Shown: positions 17,757 to 28,025, counted from the first letter of the stretch. The stretch: DNA of 64,000 bases from Vulcanimicrobiota bacterium (GCA_003167155.1 PMTY01000183.1:16228-80227); one strand, 5' to 3'. Numbers and translations: made by a program. Notes: a model not told the origin generated them from the letters alone.

Positions 17757-19646
17757 TTAGCCTCCTTCAGGGTCGGTGGCTTGGTCACCCTTCATCCTCC
17801 CGTTCATTGCGAGGGCCATTGTGGGGAAGAGATGGCGATAAAGGTGGTAGTTGATATAAAAGTCGCGAGGAAAACCGGTTCCCGTGCATTCCGGCTCGTC
17901 CCACGTTCCGTCGCTTCGCTGCCGCTCGCATAGATAGGCAAGACCCCGGCCGACCGCCGGATGTTGCGGGCGGCCGGCAAGTTGCAGCGCGAGGACGCCC
18001 CAGGCGGTTTGCGACGGCGTGCTGCTCCCAATGCCGGCAAACGACTCGTCGGCATACGAGTGGCAGCTTTCTCCCCAACCACCGTCGGAGTTCTGCACCT
18101 GGAGCAGCCACGCGACGGCGCGTTCGATCATCTCGTCTCCGGTGTGTAAAGCGGTCAATGCCGAGATCACGCACCAGGTGCCGTAGACGTGATTGACGCC
18201 CCAACGCCCATACCAGGAGCCCCACGGTTTTTGCGTCCCGCGCAGGTACTCCAAGCCGCGGGCGACAGCCGGATTCGACGCCCCTTCGCCTAGCGCCGCG
18301 AGCATCTCCAGCACGTGCGCCGTTACGTCTTCGGTTGGCGGGTCGATCATCGCTCCGAAATCCGAAAACGGCATGCGGTAGAGTAACTCGCGAGTATTGT
18401 CCCGATCGAACGCTGCCCAGGCGCCGTTGCGCGAGTCCATCGCCAGTGTCCAGCGCCGCGCGCGATCGACCGAGTCGGCAATCGCCTTGCGCTCGCCGCC
18501 CTCGAGCAGCGCCAGCACGACGATCGTCGTGTCGTCAATGTCCGGATAGGCGTCGTTGTCAAACTCGAAGGCCCAGCCGTTACCGCGCGTCTCCTTGCAC
18601 TTCATGCGCCAGTCGCCCGGTGCGTCGTCGGGAATTTGTTCGCGCAAGATCCAGGCCACGGCGCGTTGCATCGCCGGGTGCGATTCGTCGAAGCCCGCAA
18701 TCGCCAGCGCTCGCACTGCCCAAGCCGTATCCCACACCGGCGACATACAGGCCTGGAAGCGCCAATCGCCGCGTTCGTCGATGATAAAACGGCGCATGCC
18801 TTCGATGCCCTTGCGCATCACTGGATGATCGACGCCATATCCCATCAGATTGAGCGCGATGAGCGAATAGACCCACGGCGGCTGAATGCCGCCCCAGCTC
18901 CCGTCGGCCTCTTGCCGCTCGACGATCCATTGCGCCACACGCCGTCGCGCATCGTCGCGAGACGGTTGAACCGGCAAACGCTCGTAGAGCTTCTGCAAGC
19001 GCTCGACGTACATCAGCCAATGGCGCGACCCAGTCACGCGGTGCATATCTTTCTCGGTTCCCGGCGCGATGATTTCGCTCACGTCGACGCCCAGCTCGCG
19101 AACCGGCCGCTTAGAGACTACGATCGTCAAAGGTGCGACCGTTCCGCGCGCCCAGCAGGCAAAATCGTACAGATTGAAGGGCATCCAGAGCGGAAAATAG
19201 ACCAGCTCGGGCGGCAACGACGGGACGCCCGACCAGGGATAGACGCCGAAGAGCGCCAGCCAAATCTTCGTGAAGACGCGCGCTTTTGCCACGCCACCCT
19301 GCTGCAAGATCACGTGAAGCGCTTTGCGCATCTCGTCGCGTGCCGGATCGACGCCCAACACTTTAAGCGCAACGTACGCTTCGATCGTCGTGCTCAAATC
19401 GGCCGGACCATCGTAGTAGAGCGTCCACGAGCCGTCGCTGCGCTGATGGCGCAGCATATGACCGATGGCGCCCGCTGCAAACTCGTCGTGCGGTAAGCCC
19501 AAGAAGCGAAACAGCAACACGTGCTCCGCGGTCATCGTCACGTTCGTCTCGAGCTCGCCCGACCACCAGCCCTCGGTGGACTGTTCGCGCAGCAGCCAGT
19601 CGACGGCGCGCCGTAAGGATCGATCGGTTGCGGGAGCATTTGTCAT
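17757..19646 (-). CDS. shc: Squalene-hopene cyclase
   Basis: DxDD motif (YPDIDDTT) and multiple QW repeats (GSWYGRWG, GGWGE). Start trimmed from 19805 to ATG 19646-19644, an ATGA overlap with the hpnE stop. Confidence 0.95.
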   Translation of the reverse strand: MTNAPATDRSLRRAVDWLLREQSTEGWWSGELETNVTMTAEHVLLFRFLGLPHDEFAAGAIGHMLRHQRSDGSWTLYYDGPADLSTTIEAYVALKVLGVDPARDEMRKALHVILQQGGVAKARVFTKIWLALFGVYPWSGVPSLPPELVYFPLWMPFNLYDFACWARGTVAPLTIVVSKRPVRELGVDVSEIIAPGTEKDMHRVTGSRHWLMYVERLQKLYERLPVQPSRDDARRRVAQWIVERQEADGSWGGIQPPWVYSLIALNLMGYGVDHPVMRKGIEGMRRFIIDERGDWRFQACMSPVWDTAWAVRALAIAGFDESHPAMQRAVAWILREQIPDDAPGDWRMKCKETRGNGWAFEFDNDAYPDIDDTTIVVLALLEGGERKAIADSVDRARRWTLAMDSRNGAWAAFDRDNTRELLYRMPFSDFGAMIDPPTEDVTAHVLEMLAALGEGASNPAVARGLEYLRGTQKPWGSWYGRWGVNHVYGTWCVISALTALHTGDEMIERAVAWLLQVQNSDGGWGESCHSYADESFAGIGSSTPSQTAWGVLALQLAGRPQHPAVGRGLAYLCERQRSDGTWDEPECTGTGFPRDFYINYHLYRHLFPTMALAMNGRMKGDQATDPEGG

Positions 19647-20923
19647 CCTGAGCGCGAGACCAGCGCGGCAGCTGCGAGGTTGCCGCTGCGCACCGCGGAT
19701 TCCATCGTGTCGGGCCAACCGGTCTCGGTCCAGGAGCCCGCGATCGCTATCGCTGGATGGTTGGTGCGCTGCTGCGTTCGCGTTGCGCCGATCTGTGGCA
19801 GCCAAGTTGCTTCGGGATTGCGCGTGACGGCGCTTCGCACCAGCTTCGCGTCTTTGAGCGCCGGCAGAAAGGTTTGCACTTCGCGCCAGGCGAGAGCCTC
19901 AAGTTCCGCCGTTGGTTGGCGGAGATATTCGTCGGCGGCGCTGAAGCTGCAGCACAGATATCCCGGCTCCTTTTCGAAGATCCATTGCAGCGGCGACTCG
20001 AGCGCCGCCACGAAATCGCGGCCGATGCTTCCACCGTCGTGCCAGAGGTGAACGTCGATAATCGGATAGGGATCGTACCGATCGAGATTTGCAACGCCGT
20101 AACGCGAGGGGTCACCGAGCATTCGTTCGGCTTGACGCGGCGGCACCGCAAGGACGACGGCGTCGAAGTGCTCGTCACCCTTCGACAGGCTCAGGGTGAC
20201 ATTGGGGCGTCCTTCGACTGCGCTCGGGGTGACAGCAAGCACTGCGGTTGAGGTGTGCACGGCGTCTAGTTGTTTTGCGGCTGCGGCGGCTAGATGCGCG
20301 AGCGGAACTTTTGAGAAGCCGAAGCGCGCTGCGCCGGCGTCGCGTAGAAAAGCGGTCTTTAACACGAACATCGCGTCGGGCGCCCCGACGCGATCGAATG
20401 GCGCGTTCAACGCCGGAATGAAGAACGGATCCCAAAAGGCTGCACGTTCTTGCGCTCCTTGGCCGTTGCGCGTCAACCACGCTTCGAACGTTTCGCTTGC
20501 ATCGCATCGGCCGAGCAGGGCCGCCGCGAGTGCCCGCGCGATCAGCAGTTTTCCGCTGAGGCCGAGGTGCGAATAGCTTGCAAACGAGCCGATCAAATGA
20601 AGCGGCGCCGGCAGCGCCGCGGTACGGAGCCGTCCCGCTTTGCCGCTCCGCGAGAGGATCGTCGCGTCGAATCGGTCTTGGAGATGAAGTGCACCGCTCA
20701 TTCCGACGGCCTCTGCGAAGTTGATGAACTCCGTGCAGCACGCTAAAAAGACGTGCTGGCCGTTGTCGACCTCCACGCCGTCGATCTCGAAGGAAGTGGC
20801 GCGCCCGCCGAGGATGCGGCTTCGCTCGAAGAGTTCGACGTGCGCTCCGGCCGCTTTGAGCGCCAGACCCGCGGCTAAACCGGCGAGGCCGCCTCCAACG
20901 ACCGCTACGCGCTCGACAGCCAC
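19643..20923 (-). CDS. hpnE: Hydroxysqualene dehydroxylase (FAD amine-oxidase family)
   Basis: Dinucleotide-binding VAVVGGGLAGLAAGLAL...FERSRILGGRA. Position between hpnD and shc. Confidence 0.85.
   Translation of the reverse strand: MAVERVAVVGGGLAGLAAGLALKAAGAHVELFERSRILGGRATSFEIDGVEVDNGQHVFLACCTEFINFAEAVGMSGALHLQDRFDATILSRSGKAGRLRTAALPAPLHLIGSFASYSHLGLSGKLLIARALAAALLGRCDASETFEAWLTRNGQGAQERAAFWDPFFIPALNAPFDRVGAPDAMFVLKTAFLRDAGAARFGFSKVPLAHLAAAAAKQLDAVHTSTAVLAVTPSAVEGRPNVTLSLSKGDEHFDAVVLAVPPRQAERMLGDPSRYGVANLDRYDPYPIIDVHLWHDGGSIGRDFVAALESPLQWIFEKEPGYLCCSFSAADEYLRQPTAELEALAWREVQTFLPALKDAKLVRSAVTRNPEATWLPQIGATRTQQRTNHPAIAIAGSWTETGWPDTMESAVRSGNLAAAALVSRSG
20175..20233. repeat. Two tandem copies of a roughly 25-nt palindromic REP-like element, in frame inside hpnE
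   Basis: tcacccttcgacaggctcagggtgac (20175-20200) and gtccttcgactgcgctcggggtgac (20209-20233). 7-bp inverted arms tcaccct/agggtga. Near-identical copies at 53720-53746 and 61462-61480. Confidence 0.8.
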
Positions 20924-21762
20924 GATCGCACGACCACGAGGAGCTTTTCGGTTTTAGAGAGCGCGGCCCGAGCTCGCAGCGGAAGCCCCGGCTCGCGCTC
21001 GATCTTCTTGAGCAGCTCTTCGTAGATCCCGGCCATCGTCTGCACGCAGGCGGCGGGGCGGCGCGGAATATAACGCAGTACTTCGTATCCCGTCTCAAAA
21101 TAGGTTCGCGCACGTGCGACGTGCTCCGCGATCAGCTCGCTCCAGCCGGGAAGAATTTCTCCGGAGAAAAGGGCCGACTCCGGAATATCGAAGCGCGCCA
21201 GCTCGTCCTGCGGCAAATAAATTCGATTCATATCGACGGCATCTTCGCGAACGTCTCGCAAGATGTTGGTCAGCTGGAGCGCGAGGCCGAGATCGTCGGC
21301 CCGCTCCAGCGCGATCGGATCGCTGAACCCAAAAATGCGCACGCACATCCGGCCGACGACCGAGGCGACGAGATTACAGTAATCCTTGAGCTCGTCGAAC
21401 GTCTGATACCGCGATTTGCTAAAATCCATCTCGACGCCGTCGATGAGCATCGCAAGCTCTTCTTCGGGAATCGAATACCGCTCGATCGCCTCGGAGAGCA
21501 CGCGCAAGATCGGGTCGTCGCCATAGTCGTGGCGCACGGCGGCAGAGATGCGCGCGCGATGAACGGCCAGGCGCGCGGGGAGGTTTTCGACCCCGACGGT
21601 GTCGGCCTCATCGTCTACCTGGCGGGCAAAGTTGTAGAGCGCGTAGATAGCCATCCGCTCGTGATGGCTCAGCGAGATGAAGCCCCAGTAGAAGTTGCTC
21701 GCCTCGCGTTTGGCCATATCCCGGTTGAAACGCTCAGCGCGGAGCTGCTCGGTATCGATCAT
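20905..21762 (-). CDS. hpnD: Presqualene diphosphate synthase (squalene/phytoene synthase family)
   Basis: YALYNFARQVDDEAD (Asp-rich motif) and NILRDVRED. Order hpnC-hpnD-hpnE. Confidence 0.85.
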   Translation of the reverse strand: MIDTEQLRAERFNRDMAKREASNFYWGFISLSHHERMAIYALYNFARQVDDEADTVGVENLPARLAVHRARISAAVRHDYGDDPILRVLSEAIERYSIPEEELAMLIDGVEMDFSKSRYQTFDELKDYCNLVASVVGRMCVRIFGFSDPIALERADDLGLALQLTNILRDVREDAVDMNRIYLPQDELARFDIPESALFSGEILPGWSELIAEHVARARTYFETGYEVLRYIPRRPAACVQTMAGIYEELLKKIEREPGLPLRARAALSKTEKLLVVVRSWLSSA

Positions 21763-22583
21763 CTATGCCGGCCTTCGAGAAAAACTCTCTACTGCGGCGC
21801 GAAGCACCACCGATACCTTCGTTGGAGTCGAAAGGCTAGGCCGTTCCTGCTCCGTCCGGTAGCCCAGCGCTTCGATGGCGTCGCAGATCGCCAGCCCTCC
21901 CATGCGATAGAGGGCCAGTTGCAGCCGGAGCGCTCGTGGGACATAGTATTCGAGGCGCTCGCCGGAAGCAAGCAAGGCACGTGCGCGGCGCACCATCCGC
22001 TCGGCGGCCCCAGTCAGACCGACCTCAGCGACATCGCCTTCGACCAAATATTTGCGCCCGAGGGCGGCGTCGCGCCGGACATCTTGCGCGTGGTTGGCCA
22101 GCTGCAAGCCGATGCAAACGTCGTCGGAGAGAGATTCCGCCGTCGCATCGGTCACGCCGAAGACTCGAAGCACCATCCGCCCAACCGGCGCCGCCGAAAG
22201 CCGGCAGTAAGCGTCGAGTTCTTCCCATGTCGCATAGCACACGACGCGCTGATCCTGCACGTTGGCCTGGATCAGGTCGACAAACGGCTGCGCCGGAATC
22301 GCGCGGCGCTCGATGGTTTCCGCCAACGCGAGGAGCACCGGATGGACCGGCGGCACCCCCGCAAAAAGCGCGCGAACCTCGTCGTTCCAGCGCTCGAGTC
22401 GCGGCAACGCCGTGCCGGGCGGACTCTCGTCGCCGAGATCGTCCGTCGTTCGGCAATAGGCATAGATGCGCATGAGATCGCGTCGCCTCGCGCCATCGAC
22501 AAAGCGCGATGCAACCGAAAAGTTCTCGTAATGCCCGCGCGTCAGCACCCGGCAATAGGCATCGGCGGCCTGTAAATCGAGAT

Positions 22584-22587
<4 letters not shown>
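21763..22587 (-). CDS. hpnC: Hydroxysqualene synthase (squalene synthase family)
   Basis: HYENFSVASRF and YAYCRTTDDLGDE. GTG 22587 overlaps the vapC stop (GTGA). Confidence 0.85.
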
Positions 22588-23215
<628 letters not shown>

Positions 23216-23243
23216 CTAAGTCTACCGGGCTTAGTCCACTTAG

Positions 23244-24311
23244 TCAACTTTGAACTTCAAGCCGGCCACGCAGGTCGGCGGGGCGTCGCGCGCCCACGCA
23301 AAACATCGCGATGCGCAGCGTCTCCACGTATTCGCGGGCGAGCTCGAGTGCCGTTTCGAGGCCTTGGTCGGCGGCCCGAAGGAAGGGGCCCGCAATCCCC
23401 ACGAGGTCGGCTCCAAGCGCGAAAGCTTTCGCGGCCTCAAGGCCGGTCCGGATTCCGCCGCTGGCGATCAGCGTCCCCTCCGGCGCGATTGCTCGCGCAT
23501 CGGCGATCGCTCGCGCGGTGGGAATCCCCCAAGCTCCGAACGCGCCGGCAACTCGGGCGCGCCAAGGTTCGACAATCCGATAACGCTCGACCTCGCTCCA
23601 CGACGTACCGCCGGCGCCGGCGACGTCGACCGCTGCGACGCCGGCATCGAAAAGTGCGCGGACTTCGCCTGCGCCGATGCCCCAGCCGACCTCTTTCACG
23701 ACGATCGGAAAATCGGCGCGAGCGCATAACTCGGCGATGCGTTCGAGCAGCCCGCGAAAACACGTGTCGCCTTCAGGCTGAAGCGCCTCTTGCAGCGGAT
23801 TGAGGTGCAAGACGAGCGCGTCGGCTTTGAGCATTTCGACGAGACGCCGGCAGTGCGCGAGTTCGTAGCCCTTGTTGAGTTGCACCGCACCTAGATTTGC
23901 AAACAGCAAGGCTTCCGGCGCCTCGGCTCGCACGTCGAAGCTATCGATGGTTTCGGGGGACTCGAGCAGCACGCGACCCGAGCCCAGACCCATCGCGAGG
24001 CCGTAGTGCGCCGCGACCTTCGCAAGACGACGATTGATCGCGGTAGCCTCGGGGGTTCCGCCGGTCATGCACGAGATCAGCAGCGGCGCCGCAAGCCGGC
24101 GCCCGAAGAGCCGAATCGAGGTGTCGACGTCGGCAAGATCGATCTCCGGCAGCGCGCGGTGCGCAAACACGTAGCGCTCGAACCCGGCAGTCAGGCCCTT
24201 CGCGCCGACGTCCCGTTCGATGTTGATTCGAAGATGCTCCGCCTTTCGCGACGGGGTCGAGCGATTAGGCAGCTTGTCGTGCAACGTAGAGTGCAACTTC
24301 CGCAAAGACAT
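23244..24311 (-). CDS. fni: Type 2 isopentenyl-diphosphate delta-isomerase (FMN-dependent)
   Basis: RKAEHLRINI..., LLISCMTGGT and a TIM-barrel FMN-binding C-terminus (GGIRTGLEAAKAFALGADLVG). The 5' end is uncertain; TTG 24296 or 24284 are alternatives. Confidence 0.9.
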   Translation of the reverse strand: MSLRKLHSTLHDKLPNRSTPSRKAEHLRINIERDVGAKGLTAGFERYVFAHRALPEIDLADVDTSIRLFGRRLAAPLLISCMTGGTPEATAINRRLAKVAAHYGLAMGLGSGRVLLESPETIDSFDVRAEAPEALLFANLGAVQLNKGYELAHCRRLVEMLKADALVLHLNPLQEALQPEGDTCFRGLLERIAELCARADFPIVVKEVGWGIGAGEVRALFDAGVAAVDVAGAGGTSWSEVERYRIVEPWRARVAGAFGAWGIPTARAIADARAIAPEGTLIASGGIRTGLEAAKAFALGADLVGIAGPFLRAADQGLETALELAREYVETLRIAMFCVGARRPADLRGRLEVQS

Positions 24312-24948
24312 TGAGGTCGGCTTCGCGGGTGCACGGCCGCAGTACCCCGATTGACGAAACCGCGAACTCGCGCGCGCTTTCGCTATCGTTCGTCTCGCTC
24401 GCCATTCCCAGCGCCCGCCCCGCTTGCGCGAAGGTCATCGCAACCTCGGCGCTGGCGCCGCCGATGATCGCGCCCGCCTGGAGCGCGGCTCCGGTCAGCG
24501 CACAGCGCCCTTCCATCGCGCCCTCGCGGCCTTCGATCGCCTCCAGAACCGCCTCCCCGACGAGCCGTGCGACCTGGAGGCGGCACGCCGGATTGACGAC
24601 GTCGCTGGCAAGCGTACGAAAAGCCAAGGCGTAGAACGCGTCGCCGGCATTGAGACTCTGGCCAAGGCCCCAGCGAACGATCGTCTCGGCGCGCACGTCG
24701 GCAAGCTCGTCGTGCAGCAACATAAATCGGTCGAAGAGATCGAAGGCGACGGCGACGGGAAGCGCATCGGCAATATCGCCGCCCGTGGCCTCACACGCCC
24801 AGAGCAACAGACACGGCCGAACCGGATCGCGTGCATACGAAATCGGGAGACGCTCGGCGATAATGCGTCCCGCGACGGAGTCGAACGGGAAGCCGATCTC
24901 ACTGAGATAGCGCTCGAGGGACGCGCGGTGCGCGCTCAGCGGAATCAC
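24265..24948 (-). CDS. Polyprenyl-synthetase-like protein with both Asp-rich motifs degenerate
   Basis: Aligns by eye to FPP/GGPP synthases (VRPCLLLWACEATGG, SLNAGDAFYALAF). FARM reads LLHDELAD instead of DDxxD, and the SARM position reads ASETNDSES. Only 227 aa. GTG 24948 overlaps the STAS stop (GTGA). Confidence 0.6.
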   Translation of the reverse strand: MIPLSAHRASLERYLSEIGFPFDSVAGRIIAERLPISYARDPVRPCLLLWACEATGGDIADALPVAVAFDLFDRFMLLHDELADVRAETIVRWGLGQSLNAGDAFYALAFRTLASDVVNPACRLQVARLVGEAVLEAIEGREGAMEGRCALTGAALQAGAIIGGASAEVAMTFAQAGRALGMASETNDSESAREFAVSSIGVLRPCTREADLNVFAEVALYVARQAA

Positions 24949-25325
24949 GCAGAATCCTCGACCGGCCAGGCGGGCGGCGGCAGGCGTTCCATAAGGTAGC
25001 GAGCTCGCGTGCCCGAGACGCCAAGCAGATTGTCCAGGCTCGTCAACTCCAGCAGCCGGCGCATATTGCTGTTACCGACCAGCGCTTCGAAGCGGTGCCC
25101 CTCGCCGGTCAACCGCTTATACGCCGCGATCAGCTCGGCCAGCGCCGTCGAATCAAAGAAACTTGCCTGGCGCAGATCGACGAGCGCGTCACCCTCGGTT
25201 CCAAGCAAAATCAAGGCATCCCGAAGCTGCTCCCGGTTTGAGACGTCCCACTCACCCCGCAGCGTGATCACGCGCGCTCCCACAAAGGAGGAGATTGCAA
25301 TCGCTTGGTCTTCTTCTTCGGGCAT
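24945..25325 (-). CDS. STAS-domain protein (anti-sigma-factor-antagonist-like)
   Basis: ITLRGEWDVSNREQLRDAL...VDLRQASFFDSTALAELIAAYKRL...NMRRLLELTSLDNLL is a SpoIIAA-like pattern with a DST serine. Confidence 0.75.
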   Translation of the reverse strand: MPEEEDQAIAISSFVGARVITLRGEWDVSNREQLRDALILLGTEGDALVDLRQASFFDSTALAELIAAYKRLTGEGHRFEALVGNSNMRRLLELTSLDNLLGVSGTRARYLMERLPPPAWPVEDSA

Positions 25326-25382
25326 TCTCCGCTAGTGTACATCAGGTACCGCTGCTTAGCCCTTTACGTAAGCTGTGCGGCC

Positions 25383-28004
25383 CTAGAACTTGAAGTAGAT
25401 GAAGGTCGGCGAGACGCCGGGCCACGAAAAGAGGGCGAGCGCCAGAAGCAAGCCGGCGAGCGCTCCCACCTGAATGCCGGGACGCAACCCTTGCCATGCC
25501 GGCGCCCCGGGCCAGCGATTCAGCGCCAGGCGCACGCCGCCGAAGACGACGAGGCCGGCGGCAAGCACTGCTTGCCACCCCGTCAACAGCGACACGCCCT
25601 GCCCACCGGTGAAGAGCGCTCGGTACACATCAACCGCGACGCCGAAGGTCGGCGCCCGGAAAAGAACCCACCCAAGCGTCACGATGGTGAAGGTGAGCGC
25701 TACGCGCGCGACGAGCGCCACGCCGGCGGGCGAGCTTCCTTTGCGGCCGATGCCGAGCAGTCGTTCGATGCAGAGCATCGTGCCGTGAAAACCTCCCCAG
25801 GCAACGAAGGTCCACTGCGCGCCGTGCCAGAGTCCGCCCAAGAGCATCGTGACCATCAAGTTGCGCAAGGTTGCCGCCAAACCGTGCCGGCTTCCGCCTA
25901 AAGGAACGTAGAGATAATCGCGCAGCCAGGTGGAGAGCGTGATGTGCCACCGGTGCCAGAAATCGCCGATGCTCGTCGCGAGATACGGCATGCGGAAGTT
26001 CTCAGGAAAGACGAAGCCCAAAAGCCTGGCGCAGCCGATGGCAATATCGCTATAGCCTGAAAAATCGAAATAGATTTGCATGCTGAATGCAAAGAGCGCG
26101 CTCCAGGCCGCGGGAGCGCCCGGATGGCTTGCAGTCCCATCGAAATACGCATTGGCTACCGAGGCAAACTGATCCGCGATCGCCGTCTTCTTCAGCAGAC
26201 CGAAACCGGCGCGCGCTAAGCCGTAACTGATGTCGTCGGGTCCCGGCGGCCGCCACGAAAACAGCTCGCCGAAAAAGAGACCGGCGCGGACGATCGGCCC
26301 GGCCAGCAGCTGCGGAAAGAAGGCCAAATAGAGCGCGTAGTCCAGCGGCTTTCGCACGGCGGCCGTGCGCCCACGATAGACGTCCACGAGATACGAGATG
26401 CTTTGGAACGTGTGGAAGCTGATGCCGATCGGAACGAAGAGATTGACGAGCCACGGATTGGAGTGCATGCCGATCAACGCCGCGACCGTGCCGCTTCCAA
26501 AGTTCGCGTATTTGAAGCTCCCCAGGAATGCAAGGTTCGCCGCGACCCCCGCACCGAGCAGCAGACGAACGTGCCGCCCGCCGGCCGCTCGCGCGCGCTC
26601 GACCCAAATCCCAATCGCAAAATCGCTCGCGGTGAGGATCCATAAGAAGAGGACGTACCACGCATTCCAGCGCGCGTAAAAATAGTAGCTTGCAACCAGC
26701 AAGACGTACCGCCCCGCCGCGCGCGGCAACCAATAGAAGAGCGCCGCGACGATCGCAAAGAAGAGCCAGAACTCGTAGGACTGAAAACGCAGCGGGATTC
26801 CGATGCCGCAAGCTGCGGCAAACCACGAGAGCGAGTGATGTTCGTGCGTGGGCGGCGGCGTTGCGGGCGGCGGCGTTGCGAGTACCGGTATCGCGGCCGG
26901 CGAGTGCGCCACGGCCGCGCCCCAGGTCGGCGCACTCCGCAGCCGTTCTGCCACCATGCGCGCCACATCCGCGCCAAGGAGGCGGCTAAAACGTAGACTC
27001 CCCTCGCGGTTGAGATGATCTTCGTCGGCAAAGAGCTCAGGGCGCTCGAGCGCGAGATACTTTGCGGCCGGGATCAAACGCGCGCCATCGCTTCTTGCGA
27101 TCTCGACGAGCGAACCGCTGGGAACCTGCGACAGCGTTCGGTGCGCCGGACGCGTTGGAATGCGCACGAAAAAGACCGGCGTTCCTTCGGCGTCGTATCG
27201 CGCCACGATCGGCGCCAGCCATTGCTGGCGATATTGCGCGTACGAAGGACTCGGCTTGCCAATCGCGAGCACCTGCGTCGCGATCGCGGCACGTCCGTCA
27301 GCGGTAATCCGGGGCGGATAGACGATCGCGTTGGTTGCGAAATCGACCTGTAAGCCGGCGAGCGTTTCGCTTCGCGGATGAGCCGCCAGCGGATCGTAAG
27401 CCGCCGTGTTGCGGGCCGCTTCGATCGCCGCCAGCCGCGCGAGCGGATTGGCCGCGAGCGCTTGAAAGTCGTCGCGCAGCTCCGAGGCGCGCCAGAAAAG
27501 GTCGATCCCGTTTTCGACGCGTTCGCGCGGGTCTGAGAACGAGCCGGCCAGCTTGGGAAGGTCCGTTAAGCGCGTTTGAAAGACGACGTACCGCAGATCC
27601 ATCGGACGGTCGTCGCCGTCCAAGCTGCCGATCGCGCTGTCGTCGTCTCCGTAGGTGTCGACCGCGATGACCACGGCGGCAAAGCGCCGCGCCTGCGGAT
27701 CGATCGCCCGCACGAAGAACGGCCAGCACCGCGGCGTCGTTCCAGGCACGCCGCCGTTGAGAAACCGCAACGTGCGGGCGGCAGCGCCGGCGGCCTTCGG
27801 ATTCAAGCCGGAGTAGATCCGCGAGTCGCCCAGGACCAAGACGTCGCGGAGTGGAGCGCTGCGGAAGCTTTGGAATTGAGCGATCGCCGATTCAAAGCTG
27901 CCCGTGCTCGAAGCGGGATCGAGCACGGCGTGGTAGAGAGGCGTGCGAAACGCGAGCACGTCGATCAGCGCGAAGAGCGCAAATGCGGCAACCAGTCTCT
28001 TCAC
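25383..28004 (-). CDS. Fusion protein: N-terminal SGNH/AlgJ-DltD-like periplasmic domain plus C-terminal MBOAT (AlgI/DltB-like) O-acyltransferase
   Basis: 873 aa. N-terminal signal anchor and VLVLGDSRIYSG. C-terminal half is polytopic with ISFHTFQSISYLVDVYRG and FWHRWHITLSTWLRDYLYVPLGGSRHG (MBOAT His motif). Confidence 0.8.
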   Translation of the reverse strand: MKRLVAAFALFALIDVLAFRTPLYHAVLDPASSTGSFESAIAQFQSFRSAPLRDVLVLGDSRIYSGLNPKAAGAAARTLRFLNGGVPGTTPRCWPFFVRAIDPQARRFAAVVIAVDTYGDDDSAIGSLDGDDRPMDLRYVVFQTRLTDLPKLAGSFSDPRERVENGIDLFWRASELRDDFQALAANPLARLAAIEAARNTAAYDPLAAHPRSETLAGLQVDFATNAIVYPPRITADGRAAIATQVLAIGKPSPSYAQYRQQWLAPIVARYDAEGTPVFFVRIPTRPAHRTLSQVPSGSLVEIARSDGARLIPAAKYLALERPELFADEDHLNREGSLRFSRLLGADVARMVAERLRSAPTWGAAVAHSPAAIPVLATPPPATPPPTHEHHSLSWFAAACGIGIPLRFQSYEFWLFFAIVAALFYWLPRAAGRYVLLVASYYFYARWNAWYVLFLWILTASDFAIGIWVERARAAGGRHVRLLLGAGVAANLAFLGSFKYANFGSGTVAALIGMHSNPWLVNLFVPIGISFHTFQSISYLVDVYRGRTAAVRKPLDYALYLAFFPQLLAGPIVRAGLFFGELFSWRPPGPDDISYGLARAGFGLLKKTAIADQFASVANAYFDGTASHPGAPAAWSALFAFSMQIYFDFSGYSDIAIGCARLLGFVFPENFRMPYLATSIGDFWHRWHITLSTWLRDYLYVPLGGSRHGLAATLRNLMVTMLLGGLWHGAQWTFVAWGGFHGTMLCIERLLGIGRKGSSPAGVALVARVALTFTIVTLGWVLFRAPTFGVAVDVYRALFTGGQGVSLLTGWQAVLAAGLVVFGGVRLALNRWPGAPAWQGLRPGIQVGALAGLLLALALFSWPGVSPTFIYFKF

Positions 28005-28025
28005 CGGACGGTCCCTTGTTCGAGA

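Noticed and set aside
17778-17812. Possible degenerate copy of the REP-like element at the 3' end of shc (tcacccttcatcctcccgttcattgcgagg)
   Set aside because: Only the 8-nt arm tcaccctt and a tcatcct heptamer match, and there is no matching second arm. This is too weak to call without a genome-wide motif model.
18636-19496. 286-aa plus-strand ORF inside shc
   Set aside because: It is antisense to an unambiguous squalene-hopene cyclase and has a shadow-ORF composition.
21121-22575. 484-aa plus-strand ORF, one of the longest in the track
   Set aside because: It is antisense to hpnD and hpnC, which have clear squalene-synthase-family motifs. Its own translation is Arg/Ala/Pro-rich low-complexity typical of GC-rich shadow ORFs.
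26050-26826. 258-aa and 185-aa alternative-frame minus-strand ORFs (26050..26826, 26474..27031) inside the MBOAT fusion gene
   Set aside because: Same strand but a different frame from the 873-aa ORF, which carries the MBOAT His motif. Arg-rich composition.
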